From assembly GCA_965140585.1 (NCBI GenBank), contig OZ223270.1, positions 32,001-96,000 of the forward strand: a DNA stretch of 64,000 bases, in the 5' to 3' direction. Origin of the DNA: Spirochaetia bacterium (GTDB lineage: Bacteria; Spirochaetota; Spirochaetia; UBA9216). Both the position numbers and the translations under genes were made by a program. The notes beneath the pieces were generated by a model, which saw only the letters and a list, made by a program, of their open reading frames with translations, was not told the DNA's origin and made no database searches. Of this stretch, positions 20,252 to 30,925 are shown piece by piece. Each line of letters begins with the position of its first letter. Position 1 is the stretch's first letter.

Positions 20252-21403
20252 TCAGGCTTCAGCGCCTCCTATCACCCACATTCCGCCGTCCGGACTCATA
20301 ATTTCGGGAATGTCCTTTCTAATGACAACCATATCCTCAATCTTAACATGACCTGTTTCTTTTGTCTTATACTCCATCTCAAGTGAAAGAACCATTCCCT
20401 CAAGAAGACTTTCAGAGGAGCTACGGCTGACCACCGGTTTTTCATGATGAACCATGCCGATGCCGTGCGCTATAAACTTTCCATTAAGGCCCGGAGATGT
20501 TCTTTCAATAAAAGAATCAGCTTCAAGCTGAATCTCAGAAACGGCGGCTCCGGAAACCAGGTAATCAAGCATGTGCTTTTCAAGTCCGTCACAAAGGCCG
20601 AGAAGGTTTTCCGCCTCTGCAGTTGGGTTTCCAATGTGGCCGGTGCGGCAGGTTTCAGCTATACAACCGTTGCTCAGCATGGCCCCAGTATCTATATGCA
20701 GAATATGCCCCTCCCTGAACGTCCTTTTCGGGGAAGCCGCCCGGAACATGTCAGGCCCGGCGCACACAAGGGCATACAGAAAATGCAGTCCCGATTCAGA
20801 GAACTTCTTCTTGAGAATGTCAGCAAGTTCCAGAGTTGTCATGCCCGGTGCTGCAGCGGCAAGGCATTCATTCACCGCTTTCAGATTGAGCAGTGTTCCC
20901 TGCCTTATTATTTCAATTTCTTTTTCAGATTTAACCGCCCGCAGAGTATCCATCAGGCCGGTAATATCAACAAACTCAGCCTGCGGAAGCTCATTTTTCA
21001 GAGTCAGATAGGCATCAGCAGGAAGAGCTGTCAATTCGACTCCTATCTTTCCTGTTTTAAGACCTCTCGACTTAATCTCTTTTGCAGTCTGCTCTGATGC
21101 AGATATGGAATTGAGCTTTGGACTTTCAACACAGTCCTCAAGCCAGATATCGGATTCTGCACTTACCTCATTTTCACCGGGGCGGCCGACAAAGAAAGCG
21201 TTTGAAAGTCCTGCTCCCGGAATAACTATATAAGGAAGGTACTGGGTTCCACGGGTGTGGGTATCCCAGACGAATAGCGGATAAAAATATCCACCGGTAA
21301 GATATCTTACGTTATGCCTGGAGGAAACAAGAATGATATCAAGCCCTTCCTTCTTCATCAGTTCACTGAGTAAATCTGTATTAAATTCGGGTTTCTTTCT
21401 CAT
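20252..21403 (-). CDS. M24 (Xaa-Pro peptidase/creatinase-like) hydrolase
   Basis: NVRYLTG, LRAVKSEKEIE, HGIG..HHEKP, GMVLSLE, HVKIEDMVVI. Confidence 0.85.
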   Translation of the reverse strand: MRKKPEFNTDLLSELMKKEGLDIILVSSRHNVRYLTGGYFYPLFVWDTHTRGTQYLPYIVIPGAGLSNAFFVGRPGENEVSAESDIWLEDCVESPKLNSISASEQTAKEIKSRGLKTGKIGVELTALPADAYLTLKNELPQAEFVDITGLMDTLRAVKSEKEIEIIRQGTLLNLKAVNECLAAAAPGMTTLELADILKKKFSESGLHFLYALVCAGPDMFRAASPKRTFREGHILHIDTGAMLSNGCIAETCRTGHIGNPTAEAENLLGLCDGLEKHMLDYLVSGAAVSEIQLEADSFIERTSPGLNGKFIAHGIGMVHHEKPVVSRSSSESLLEGMVLSLEMEYKTKETGHVKIEDMVVIRKDIPEIMSPDGGMWVIGGAEA

Positions 21404-21523
21404 TGCGGTCTCCTTAAAAACTTGTTTACACAGGGGCTGCGTAATATTATACTTATATTATAAGTTAATTATACTATCAATTTTATAATATTTAAATATC
21501 TAATTCATAAATAAGGACTATAA

Positions 21524-22321
21524 ATGAAAAAAGTAAAAATTCTGTTTGCAGCGGTAATCTTATTGGCCTTTTCAGGAATTGCAGTTAAAGAAGCTTTATT
21601 ATCAAACAGCCCTGAAACATATGTTTGGGGGCTTCATCTGTGGAAAAATATTGATACTGAATACTGCAGACTTTACTATTTTAATAACGATGAAGAAGTC
21701 AAAAAGGCATCAAAAATTATTGATGATATTTATTCAGAAGCTGTGGGGTTATTTAAACATGGAACAAAAACCTCTCCAAGCGAAGACAATCTTATACCTA
21801 TTATCCTGCTTGATAATAACACCTATTATAAAACCTATCCTAATGGCCCAGGTGCCGCCTGGAACGGTAATTCTATGATCATAAATATAGAAAAGGTACG
21901 TTCCGGATCAATACAAGGCGCACTTCTTCATGAATTCATACATGCAGTAACTTTATACAGCGAAGACACAACAGTCACCGGGGCTCCAGGTTGGTTTTGT
22001 GAAGGTATAGCACAGTATCACCAGTATTATGCCCGGAAACTTGTTCTTGAAGCAGCTGCCGATAATCGTCTTATCGAGTGGGATGAGATAACAATACAGT
22101 CAGGACAGTGGGGGACAACTGATCGTCCACTTAAATATGCCGTATCAACTTCAATCTATGATTTTTTAATTAATACTTATGGAATTGATAATATTAATGG
22201 AATTTTTTACACAGACGGTGATTTTTCTGAAATAATTTTAAATATCACAGGCCTGACACTTCCACAACTTGAAAAGGTCTGGAAAGAATATGTATTGCAA
22301 AAGAGGAGTAGAATATTATGA
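21524..22321 (+). CDS. Secreted peptidase MA-like zinc metallopeptidase
   Basis: Signal/TM N-terminus; HEFIH followed by WFCEGIAQY; visibly AT-richer than its neighbours. Confidence 0.75.
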   Translation: MKKVKILFAAVILLAFSGIAVKEALLSNSPETYVWGLHLWKNIDTEYCRLYYFNNDEEVKKASKIIDDIYSEAVGLFKHGTKTSPSEDNLIPIILLDNNTYYKTYPNGPGAAWNGNSMIINIEKVRSGSIQGALLHEFIHAVTLYSEDTTVTGAPGWFCEGIAQYHQYYARKLVLEAAADNRLIEWDEITIQSGQWGTTDRPLKYAVSTSIYDFLINTYGIDNINGIFYTDGDFSEIILNITGLTLPQLEKVWKEYVLQKRSRIL

Positions 22322-22776
22322 CACTGAATTCCAAATTTGTTTTCAAGGTTGAGGTCGAGGTTGAAGCTCCGATACTCGTAGGTCAGGACTCGGTTTCAGG
22401 CAGGAGACAGCTAATACCTATTGGCGCAGGAACAGTCGAAGGTCCTGAAATCAAAGGAACTGTTCTGCCCGGCGGAGTAGACAGCCAGATAATCCGGCCT
22501 GACGGCAGATGCGAACTCTCAGCCAGATATGCCCTGAAATTTGATGACGGCTGCGGAGTATATCTAGAAAATAACGGCATAAGAACCGTACCGAAGGAGT
22601 ATGTAGAAAAAGTCCTGAATGGCGGGTTCATCGATCCTTCATTGTACTATTTCAGAACAACACCTGTTTTTGAGGTATACGATGAAAAATATATGTGGCT
22701 GAAAAACAATCATTTTATATGCAGCGGTGAGCGGCTTCCGGATAAGGTACGTATCAGCTTTTACATGGTCGGCTAA
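22318..22776 (+). CDS. DUF3237 family protein
   Basis: GRRQLIPI..G.VEGP, VLPGGVDSQ, LSARY, YYFRTTPVFE. Confidence 0.85.
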   Translation: MTLNSKFVFKVEVEVEAPILVGQDSVSGRRQLIPIGAGTVEGPEIKGTVLPGGVDSQIIRPDGRCELSARYALKFDDGCGVYLENNGIRTVPKEYVEKVLNGGFIDPSLYYFRTTPVFEVYDEKYMWLKNNHFICSGERLPDKVRISFYMVG

Positions 22777-22823
22777 AAAAATCCCCGGCTTGTGATGTTC
22801 TAAGGCGCAAGCCGAGGATTTTT
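22776..22823. terminator. Bidirectional terminator between convergent genes
   Basis: AAAAATCCCCGGCTTG...CAAGCCGAGGATTTTT. Confidence 0.7.
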
Positions 22824-22835
22824 GTTAAAAACTGT

Positions 22836-23745
22836 TTATTTGGAAGAAGCTTCCGCAAGTTCCTTGAGAAGAGTATCAACCATCAGATCGCCTAAATCTT
22901 TTCTTACCATTTCGATTACAGGTTTTGCCGCCTCAGCCATCTTTACATAATCAGCATCACTGAACTCAATAACTTCAAGACCTGCGTCCTTGAGCTTCGC
23001 AAGTGATTCTTCATTTACACGGATTGAATTCTCATATACATACTTGTCAACTTCTACAAATACATCCTTCATAATCTGCTGGTATTCAGCAGGCAGACTG
23101 TTATAAAAATCGAGATTCATTACATAACCGCTGCAGAACATTACATGGTGGGTCAGCACAATGTATTTCTGCTGTTCATAAATCTTGCTTGAAAGAATTT
23201 TATCAAAGGGGTTTTCCTGAGCCTCAACAAGACCCTGCTGTAGACCAACATAAAGTTCGCTGAAGGCAATAGGAGTAGGATTAGCGCCAAGAGCCTTCGA
23301 GTATGCCATGTGAAGCGGATGCTCCATAGTCTGATCTTAAGGCCTTTAAGATCATCAGCAGTTCTGATCTCCTTATTACTGGAAACCTCTCTGTAACCAA
23401 CCGGAATAACGCCGCTCATCAGCTTAAGATTGGATTCAGTTAGCACATCGTCAACCATTTTGATAAATTCACCTTCTGAATTGAACCGCCCTTTACGTTC
23501 TGGTCAAGTTCCATGATGTTGCCAAGCTGGAAGGCCGGATAATTATCAATCACAATTTTACCTGCTGAGCGTTCAGCAGCAAGTTTCTTTAAGAGATTTG
23601 CACCCTCATTCGCAAAAGAATTATCCGGTGAGCCGTGACCGGGGATAATAGTTACTTTAGGTTCATCAGAAGAAACGGCTTCCTGTAAACCTCCCGCAAA
23701 TACTGTTCCTGTTATCATAACAGCCAGGAGACAGATCAGTCCTAT
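22836..23745 (-). pseudogene. dctP: TRAP substrate-binding protein (DctP) pseudogene
   Basis: Three frame fragments: VFAGG..YPAFQLG; GYREVSSNKEIRTADDLKGLKIR; ALGANPTPIAFSELYVGLQQGLVEAQENP; frameshifts and internal deletions. Confidence 0.85.
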
Positions 23746-24640
23746 GGATAGGTTAATCACAAGAACTACACCAAAATGAACAGGGTCAATCCCAAACATG
23801 GCAATTACGGGCATCATCATGGGAGCAGTTATCGCAATGGCGCCAGCAACATCCGTGAACATACCGATTATCAGAAATATGTATGGATTTGAAAACGTAC
23901 TGGCCAGAAAACTTGCAAGCTCCTGCGCGCATGAGCAAGCGTCATGACCCTTGCAAAAGTCATTGCTGTTATTAAAAGAAAACAGAGCGGTGCAATCGAT
24001 TTTATTGAAGAAAGTAGAATACAGATACAACTGCAACCTCTGTCGGAGTTACGATGCCGCTGTAGATTCCGCCAAGAATAATGACAGGTGTGATAATTGC
24101 CCAGACAATTTCTTTAAGTATATTCAGAAACCCCTTGGCCTTCAGTTCCTCATAGTTAGCGGCAACCTTCTCCTTATCCTCCCCGTTTCTTTTGCAGTAT
24201 ACATAAACATAAAGAATAAGCAGAGCTGCGGAAAAATCCTTCTTGTAGCCGAGGTTTGTCAGTATCGGTATAGTCATTGCCCCTACTGCTGCAGTAGTTA
24301 CAGGCCCGGATCCGCTAATAGCACCATAAAACGCGCAGGTTATGACAACAGCAATCGGAATACCTGCTGTTATCTTCCCGACCAGGTATGCAAATAAGTT
24401 GAACATTTTTTTAGAAATCCCCCCATTGCCATGATGGACCCTGCAAGCTTGAAAAATGGTATGGCAAGTATCGGTGTACTGTCGATACCGCTGACCATCG
24501 CTCTCAGCAGATACAAGACTCCTCCCGGAAATGACGGATTAACAATTCGCGGAATTATCGAACTTATTCCGATGGTAAGTCCGATCGGGAATCCAATAAC
24601 GAGCAGGACAACAAAAACCGAGAAAATTAACTAAGCATTC
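23740..24640 (-). pseudogene. dctM: TRAP large permease (DctM) pseudogene
   Basis: Fragments FYGAISGSG, PVIILGGIYSGIVTPTE, GIDPVHFGVV in different frames; ~900 nt versus ~1300 nt for the intact paralogue. Confidence 0.85.
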
Positions 24641-25134
24641 ACATTCTCCCTGTCTGATGATGTTTTAAAACTGATAATCCCTGTGACTATTGACTGAATT
24701 GCGCGCAGGGCGCCGACAAGAAGACCTGCACCGGCAAATATATAAAAAATAAACACCGGCATCTGCAGACCGGTTGTGATGTTTCCAGTAGCCTTAGTCT
24801 GCTCTACTGCTACCAGAGAGTAGTAAAAACAGAAACTGTAGAATAACAGAAAACTGATATCAATTATGATATTCATTATTTTCTGTGCAACTTCAGGAAG
24901 TTTCTTCACCAGCTGACTAATGCGAAAATTGGATCTGTTCTTAATACAGAATCCCAATGTCATAAATGAAAATAGAATAAAACAATACCTGGCCGTTTCT
25001 TCCAGCCAGCCGAGGGCGTTATGAAATATATATCTCATAATCACCTGAAACATAATTAAAATGCTCATTAGAACGAGCATCGCCACGAGAAAGATTTTCT
25101 CGAGGTTATTATCCAGCCACCTGATAATCCCCAT
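24631..25134 (-). CDS. dctQ: TRAP small permease
   Basis: 4 TM segments; QVIMRYIF....W.EE.ARY. Confidence 0.85.
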   Translation of the reverse strand: MGIIRWLDNNLEKIFLVAMLVLMSILIMFQVIMRYIFHNALGWLEETARYCFILFSFMTLGFCIKNRSNFRISQLVKKLPEVAQKIMNIIIDISFLLFYSFCFYYSLVAVEQTKATGNITTGLQMPVFIFYIFAGAGLLVGALRAIQSIVTGIISFKTSSDRENVNA

Positions 25135-25296
25135 AACTCCTTCTAAATAGATACTTTTTTAATTATTTCTTGATTATAATCTAACGATATATGATCATAG
25201 TTTATTATCTTGTCAATAGAATTTATTCGGCGAATCCATTACGGTTATAACCTGAGATTCTCAACAATCATCTATTTTTCAATACGGGGGATTTTT

Positions 25297-26679
25297 ATGG
25301 CTATTTTTGAAACCATCACAGAAAACGGAGAAATTTCAGGATTGCCTGCAGGCAACCAGGGAATCAGTTTTTTTAAAGGTATACCTTACGCAAAGCCGCC
25401 TGTCGGTGATTTACGCTGGAAGGCTCCTCAACCGGCAGAAAACTGGAAAGGTATCTACAACGCTTACTCATTTTCAGATATCCCGATGCAGTGCAGAGTT
25501 CCCGGAACCTCGATGTATAGAAAAGAATTTTATCCTGTGGATCTGCCACGAAGCGAAGACAGCCTGTACCTGAACATCTGGACTCCCGCAAAAAGTACGG
25601 ACGAAAAGCTTCCTGTGGCGCTGTGGATCTATGGAGGCGGATTCGTACAGGGCTACTCCGACAAAATGGAAACCGACGGAGAGGCCTTCGCCAAAAGAGG
25701 CGTCATTTACGTTTCGCTCAACTACAGACTTAACGTCTTCGGCTTTTTCAGTCACCCTGAACTTTCGGCGGAGTCAGAGAAGGAAACAGGTATCAGAACA
25801 TCAGGTAATTATGGAATTCTTGATCAGATAGCAGCCTTAAAGTGGATACGCAGGAACATTGAAGCCTTTGGAGGCGATCCTGATAAAATTACCGTATTCG
25901 GCCAGTCTGCCGGAGCCATGAGCGTACAGACTCTTCTTTCATCAAAGCTTACCGAAGGCGACATTGACAAGGCAATTATGCAGAGCGCAGCCGGGCTCGG
26001 CTGGATGCAGACAATCAGCAAATTGGAGATTTCGGAAGCTGAAAAGCAGGGAGAAGAGTTTCTTAAGGATATTAAAGTTAAGAATATTGACGAGGCAAGA
26101 AAAATACCTGCAGAAGAGCTTATTAATCATTTTGCAAAGGCTATAAGCCCTGAAGGCCTTCAGTATATGCCGGTGATCGACGGATATGTCCTGGAGAATA
26201 ATCTGATTTCCCTCGCAAAACAGAATAAAACACACAATGTACCGACAATGATCGGCTGTACATCGGACGATCTCTCTTTCAGTGAGGATAAAAAGAATGA
26301 TATCCACATCGGCTGTACAGCATGGTCAAGGCTTCAAAACAGGCTGGGGCATAAGCCGGTTTATCAGTACTACTTTAATCATGCTGTTCCCGACAGCGAT
26401 ATTGGAACTTTTCATTCTTCAGAGCATATGTATGTTTTTCAGACCTTTCTAAGAGGATGGAGATCGTATTCAGGTACGGATTTTGATTTGTCAAACAGGA
26501 TGTGCGCCTACTGGACCAATTTTGTAAAAACCGGGAATCCGAACGCGCCTGAACTTCCTGAATGGAAACCGTACACAAACAAAGCGCCAAACGTAATCGA
26601 ACTTTTTAATGAAAAAAAATCAAGAGAACTTCCGCCAGCCGAGCAAACTACTGCTGAAGCAGACAATTACATCAAGTAA
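25297..26679 (+). CDS. Type B carboxylesterase (pNB-esterase-like)
   Basis: FKGIPYAKPPVGDLRWKAP, SEDSLYLNIW, GNYGILDQ, FGQSAG, FHSSE; ATG 25297 after GGGGG preferred over 25210. Confidence 0.9.
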   Translation: MAIFETITENGEISGLPAGNQGISFFKGIPYAKPPVGDLRWKAPQPAENWKGIYNAYSFSDIPMQCRVPGTSMYRKEFYPVDLPRSEDSLYLNIWTPAKSTDEKLPVALWIYGGGFVQGYSDKMETDGEAFAKRGVIYVSLNYRLNVFGFFSHPELSAESEKETGIRTSGNYGILDQIAALKWIRRNIEAFGGDPDKITVFGQSAGAMSVQTLLSSKLTEGDIDKAIMQSAAGLGWMQTISKLEISEAEKQGEEFLKDIKVKNIDEARKIPAEELINHFAKAISPEGLQYMPVIDGYVLENNLISLAKQNKTHNVPTMIGCTSDDLSFSEDKKNDIHIGCTAWSRLQNRLGHKPVYQYYFNHAVPDSDIGTFHSSEHMYVFQTFLRGWRSYSGTDFDLSNRMCAYWTNFVKTGNPNAPELPEWKPYTNKAPNVIELFNEKKSRELPPAEQTTAEADNYIK

Positions 26680-26681
26680 AC

Positions 26682-26709
26682 AAAAAAAAGGGAGTCACGA
26701 CTGACTCCC
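26682..26709 (-). terminator. Intrinsic terminator downstream of dctP
   Basis: GGGAGTCA-cgac-TGACTCCC hairpin with A8 (U-tail on the minus strand). Confidence 0.7.
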
Positions 26710-26747
26710 CCCGGCAACTACGATTTACCTTAAAAATATCAAATATT

Positions 26748-27794
26748 TTATTTTTTAGCCTTTGCAAGACTGTCAAAAAGACTGTCAACGAGATCTGCAC
26801 CCAGATCATCTGCAATCATTTTGTTTGTACCTTCTGCAATTTTCTTCATATCTGAGTAAAGCTTCTCACTCGGCTGGAGGAACTCCATTCCCTTTTCTTT
26901 TGCCATAGCTGCAAACATTATATCATCCTTTTCGCCGCCTTCAGCGATTCTTGGAGTAGCTCTGTCAATGAACTGCATAAGAACGTCCTGCTGAGCCTTT
27001 GACATGCTGTTCCAGGTATCAAGACCTGTAACCATCTGCACGAAGAAAAGTACATGGTTAGTGAGAACAACATAATCCTGCTGTTCATGGAAACCATTAA
27101 GAACACATACAACTACCGGGTTTTCCTGTGCATCAACAAGGCCCTGCTGAAGAGCAAGATAAAGTTCTGCGAAATTGATAGGAGTTGCACTTGCTCCAAG
27201 AGAATTCCAGAAATTCATGTGATACTTGTTTTCCATGGTTCTTATTCTAATTCCCTTGAAATCATCAATATTCTCAATTTTCTTGCTAGAAGACATAACT
27301 CTGTACATTCTTGAGCTGAAAAGAGTAAGAAGCTTGAATCCTGCTTTTTCAAAAGCAGCATCCATTTTTGTACGGAAATCACCTACTTCACCGCTCATAA
27401 CTGCATCAATTTCGTCCCAGGAATATCCTGCGAAAGCCATCGGCATATCAAGAACAGCAACCTCAGGAACAAAGGATACCATTGGTGATGGTGCACCGAA
27501 GAGTATTCCCTGATCTCCGAGCTGTACAGATTCAGCCATTTCACGGTCACCGCCAAGCTGTGCAGCCGGGTAGATGTCAAACTTGAATACACCATCGGTT
27601 TCTTCAGCAATTTTTGCGGCTTCTTCTTTAACAACGATATCACCTGATTGACCTTCAGCAGAGGCATAACCGATTGATATTGTTATAGGTTTAAGTGTAC
27701 CGTCATCAGCAGTCTCACCCTGGCCTCCTGCAAATGAGTAGCCTGCAACAGCAATTGCAAGCACAAGAACTAATACGATTTTTTTTGCTTTCAT
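26748..27794 (-). CDS. dctP: TRAP transporter substrate-binding protein
   Basis: Signal ending SFAGG; YPAAQLG, KGIRIRTM (carboxylate-binding Arg), ELYLALQQGLVDAQENP; AAGGAG RBS before ATG 27794. Confidence 0.92.
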   Translation of the reverse strand: MKAKKIVLVLVLAIAVAGYSFAGGQGETADDGTLKPITISIGYASAEGQSGDIVVKEEAAKIAEETDGVFKFDIYPAAQLGGDREMAESVQLGDQGILFGAPSPMVSFVPEVAVLDMPMAFAGYSWDEIDAVMSGEVGDFRTKMDAAFEKAGFKLLTLFSSRMYRVMSSSKKIENIDDFKGIRIRTMENKYHMNFWNSLGASATPINFAELYLALQQGLVDAQENPVVVCVLNGFHEQQDYVVLTNHVLFFVQMVTGLDTWNSMSKAQQDVLMQFIDRATPRIAEGGEKDDIMFAAMAKEKGMEFLQPSEKLYSDMKKIAEGTNKMIADDLGADLVDSLFDSLAKAKK

Positions 27795-27853
27795 TAAACA
27801 CTCCTTAAAAAGCATATACTACGTGTAAAAAACACGGTTAAGCCGAATTTAAA

Positions 27854-29161
27854 TCATCCTTTCATTAGATTAACGAGAAAAAGGCTGATATCGGGTATGA
27901 ATGCTATTAGTAAAAGGGCAATACCGAAACTCAGCACAAAGGGGATGGCCTTGCGGCCTACAGAGAATGCATTCTCATTTACCATTGGTGATATAACAAA
28001 GAGGTTCATACCAAAAGGCGGTGTTACCATTCCTATTGCGAGACAGGAAACCATGATAATACAAAGATGAACCGGGCTTACACCCATCATTACGCCTACC
28101 GGGGCAAACACCGGACCGAGAATTACAACGGCAAAACCTACATCCATAACCATTCCCATCAGCAGCAGAAGGATAATAATCCCTACAATAAATAGAAACG
28201 GTGTTGAAAGAACACTTGATACAAAGGCTCCGACTATACTTGCAGTCTTTAAAACTGTCATCATACGGCTGAAAGACATTGCAAGAGCAATTACCATTAC
28301 CAATGGTGCATACTGCGAAACAGCTTTGGCAAAAATCGGGATAATCTCATTAAACTTTATGGTTTTATAGATAAACAGAGAAACTATCAGCGAATAAGCG
28401 ACAGAAATGGTCGCGGCCTCTGTTGGTGTAACAATACCGCTGTAGATACCTCCCAGGATGATAATAGGAGACATCAACGCGAAAAAACTTTCTCTAAATA
28501 CCCTGAAAAACCCCTTTGCCTTAAGCTCATCAACAGCGGAGTCTATCTTAACACGATCTTCACCATTTTTTTTGCAGTAAATAAATGTGTAGACCATTAG
28601 AGACACAGCAATAAGTATACCCGGGACGATACCGGCAACAAAAATTTCGCCGACTGAAGTCTGTGTCATCATTCCGTAAAATATAAACGGAATACTCGGA
28701 GGGATAATTACACCCAGCCCTCCTGCCGTAGCCACCATTGCCGCAATAAACTTCCTGTCATATCCCAGTTTATCTACTAAAAGAGGAATTGTCATTCCGC
28801 CGACAGCTGCAGCAGTAGCAACTCCGCTTCCCGAAATTGCACCGTAAAAAAGTGCAGTAACAATTGCGGCAATTGGAAGACCTGCTGTACGGCGGCCGAT
28901 TAGATAGGCGAAAACATCAAAAAGCTTCTTTGAAATGTCACCGCGGGCCATAACGGCTCCGGCAAGGATGAACATCGGAATGGCAATAAGAGGAATACTG
29001 TCAGCACCCTGTATTGCCCAGCGGATTACAGTATCAACTTTATACGGAACATTAGAGCCGATAAGCAGAGGAAAAAGGGTTGTAAGGCCCATTGAAGTAA
29101 CAATGGGAATCCCTAGAAATAGAAGTCCAAAAAAAACTAAAAATGCAAGACCAACTATCAT
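27854..29161 (-). CDS. dctM: TRAP transporter large permease
   Basis: AIPMFILAG, GAISGSG, IIPPSIP, TPTEAA, TPPFG. Confidence 0.92.
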   Translation of the reverse strand: MIVGLAFLVFFGLLFLGIPIVTSMGLTTLFPLLIGSNVPYKVDTVIRWAIQGADSIPLIAIPMFILAGAVMARGDISKKLFDVFAYLIGRRTAGLPIAAIVTALFYGAISGSGVATAAAVGGMTIPLLVDKLGYDRKFIAAMVATAGGLGVIIPPSIPFIFYGMMTQTSVGEIFVAGIVPGILIAVSLMVYTFIYCKKNGEDRVKIDSAVDELKAKGFFRVFRESFFALMSPIIILGGIYSGIVTPTEAATISVAYSLIVSLFIYKTIKFNEIIPIFAKAVSQYAPLVMVIALAMSFSRMMTVLKTASIVGAFVSSVLSTPFLFIVGIIILLLLMGMVMDVGFAVVILGPVFAPVGVMMGVSPVHLCIIMVSCLAIGMVTPPFGMNLFVISPMVNENAFSVGRKAIPFVLSFGIALLLIAFIPDISLFLVNLMKG

Positions 29162-29649
29162 TTCGCCCCCCCCTCTTTAGCTAATGCTTTGTATTTAATA
29201 ATTTTTGACTGAACATAACGAACCACTCCTAGACCAAAGCCCACAGGAGCTGCAAGGTAAACAAACTGCATGGGAATTTCAAGAGCAGAACTGACCTGCC
29301 CTGTCCTTGCTATTGCCATGAATATCATGATTGATCGATAAAAGAAGAATGAAAACAATCCGAATGTCATAATTGCCGCTACTACATCAATAACCCTGCG
29401 CGGCAATTCCGGGAATTTTGAATACAGCGCATCTACAGCAAGGATTTTATCCAGTCTGAAACAGTAACCTATACTTAAAAACGCAGTCCAGACAAACATG
29501 TAGCGGCACACCTCTTCCGCCCAGCTGAGCGGAGCCATGAAAACATAGCGCAGTATTACCTGGAGCAGCATTATCACTCCTATGCCAATCAGAAGAAGGA
29601 TCATTGCTCCTTCCTCCAAATGCCTTTCTATTTTGTGAAAAACATCCAC
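29158..29649 (-). CDS. dctQ: TRAP transporter small permease
   Basis: QVILRYVF...SWAEEVCRY; GTG start with GGAGG RBS. Confidence 0.9.
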   Translation of the reverse strand: MDVFHKIERHLEEGAMILLLIGIGVIMLLQVILRYVFMAPLSWAEEVCRYMFVWTAFLSIGYCFRLDKILAVDALYSKFPELPRRVIDVVAAIMTFGLFSFFFYRSIMIFMAIARTGQVSSALEIPMQFVYLAAPVGFGLGVVRYVQSKIIKYKALAKEGGAK

Positions 29650-29992
29650 CTGAAAAACCTCCCCTTATCGAAAAGCAAATATCGATTAAAAAATATCTTA
29701 AGTATATACAGATTATACGCAGATTATTCATCCTAAGCTCAGGATAGAAATCTGTCAACTTTTTTCCAGGCTAAACTATATTTCTATTAGAAGAATCTCT
29801 TTCAAAACTCAATTAATCAGTATGGATGATTATTTAGTAGAGTCCTCAACCATTTTACCCTATGAATATATTACTTTGCTCGATAACTGATAAAGATCGA
29901 TTTATACCAAATTGACTGATTTTGAGGCATGTCTATCACTTGCTTAAAAATAATAAGAGTGAAAATAAGATTTTCCTAAGGATTTTTTATTT

Positions 29993-30925
29993 TCATATTT
30001 CCGGCAAATGAAAAAAAAGCAGAATTTTGAGCGCAGTCAGACACAATACAGCTATCATGAGGGTACATTTCATATTCCGAAAACCTTTCACGTATATTTT
30101 ATCCGGAATAATATAATCTTTCAGATGAGGGTTCGTTCTTTCCACAGAAGATCTGATCTTGTATCGTTCCTTTTCAGCCGAACTCATCACTTCCAAGAAG
30201 GATTTTCGCCTTTTATTAAAATCTATGAGATCAAAACGTCCTTTATCCTGAATATATCTATTGATTTGATGGGCATCGCAGGCTGCACCCATAAAGAATA
30301 TAGATGAGATATTTTCCGTTCCGTCAATTTATCCATAGAAATTGTGACCTTGGAATCATGAACATCGGCCCCTGTTACAATTGCAGTCAGAAGAGTGCCA
30401 AGATCTGCAGCATCAAGATATAGTTTATATCCTGTCCAAAAGTGTGTTTTTTCTTTGCTGTTCTTCATCCAACCCCAATCACATGTTTTATTCAGGTTTT
30501 CAGTAATTTGCCTGCTTTTTGTCCATGCTGCTGATTTAATCGGGGATCTTCTTTAGGTAAAACAATTTCCCCTTTTTTTGGCAGCCCCGTATTTTTTTAG
30601 CTCGTACGGCTCTTCTTTATTATCTTTTTTCTTGTTTACTGACTTTTCCAGTGCTGAAATAGCGTTAGTATCCCTGAAAAATCTGGTAAACCCACATATT
30701 TTTCTTAATGAAGAATAGCTTTGCAACCCGAGGATGAGATCCTTGCTTGTGATGATTTTGAAAACAGATTTGGCAAGTAAAGCCCTAATGAAATGAATCA
30801 TGGCATATACTTTTCTGCCTGTAATTGAACTTTGTTATTCAACATTGGATAAAAAATCATCGATACTTCGGAGCATGGTAAGAAATGGGCTCACAAAAAA
30901 CATATTTATCAAAAGCAAGAATTTC
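29993..30925 (-). mobile_element. Degraded DDE transposase (IS4/IS5-like superfamily) remnant
   Basis: Fragments FIRALLAKS..LRKICGF; FWTGYKL.LD...VTGADVHDS; AACDA...YKIRSSVERTN.HLKD; several frameshifts and deletions; terminal IRs not identified. Confidence 0.8.

Noticed and set aside
20444-21097. 217-aa and 146-aa plus-strand ORFs
   Set aside because: Antisense to the well-supported M24 gene; no motifs
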